Of a stretch of 64,000 nucleotides of DNA, positions 63,573-64,000 are shown piece after piece. The position numbers and the translations under genes are program-made. The notes under the pieces are model-generated. The model ran no database searches. It had not been told where the DNA came from and was given only the letters and a program-made list of their open reading frames with translations. Position 1 is the stretch's first letter; each line of letters begins with the position of its first letter. The DNA is from Saccostrea cucullata. Taxonomy: Eukaryota. The DNA is taken from NCBI RefSeq assembly GCF_032062105.1, contig NW_026918275.1, forward strand, positions 1-64,000, given 5' to 3'.

Positions 63573-64000
63573 TAAAAAATTTGTGACATTTAATAGTTTG
63601 TTTGAAATTTTAAAAAATATTATTAACTATGCCATATAATTTTTAGCAGACACAAAATATAAAGATGAGAAATAAAAACAATTTTGTAAAGAGAGATAAT
63701 CCAATTAAATGTGTAATTTCAACTTAGAGTTAACAGAAAAATCATGAAAATGGGTCTATTTTTTTTTCTCAAAAAATTTTTTTTAACGTTTGTTTTCAAA
63801 TGATACTTTTTATCTGTTAATCAATGATATATTTATTTATAAATTGTATAAGTTTTAACTTTATACCTCAGATAGTTTTGGAACTTTTGTAACACTTAAG
63901 TTTTGGACAACTTGACCTTTGGCAAAACCTTGAACAAAAAAAAAATGCTGACACTGTGACTTCTACAAAACTATTTCATCGTTAATGTTTGATTAGCATT

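Overview
AT-rich, repeat-dense eukaryotic DNA with two N-gaps. The repeat families (Helentron-type elements with ~166-bp central repeats, abundant Penelope-like RT remnants, Crypton) point to a bivalve, probably an oyster; this is inference. No intact host gene is complete here. Host-type coding pieces are two fibrinogen-domain exons (1746-2143), a tandemly duplicated BTB-like first exon (34849-35606) and a frameshifted signal peptide-PAN-C-type-lectin gene (58485-59340). Most of the window is mobile DNA. (1) A Penelope cluster carrying a solo LTR. (2) A candidate ~28-kb element (6522-34812) with GGGGAC-rich imperfect inverted ends, two related 64- and 65-bp satellite arrays built on the same motif, decayed exons and a STAT-linker-like exon. 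(3) A PIF/Harbinger transposon (Myb/SANT gene plus DDE transposase) split by four insertions: a Helentron, a TA-flanked TIR element, a full-length Gypsy with 155-bp LTRs ending CGCCA...TGGCG instead of TG...CA, and a BEL/Pao element. (4) A dead Crypton tyrosine recombinase interrupted by a member of a hairpin-element family also seen at 30.2 kb. All calls are by eye; no database search was run.
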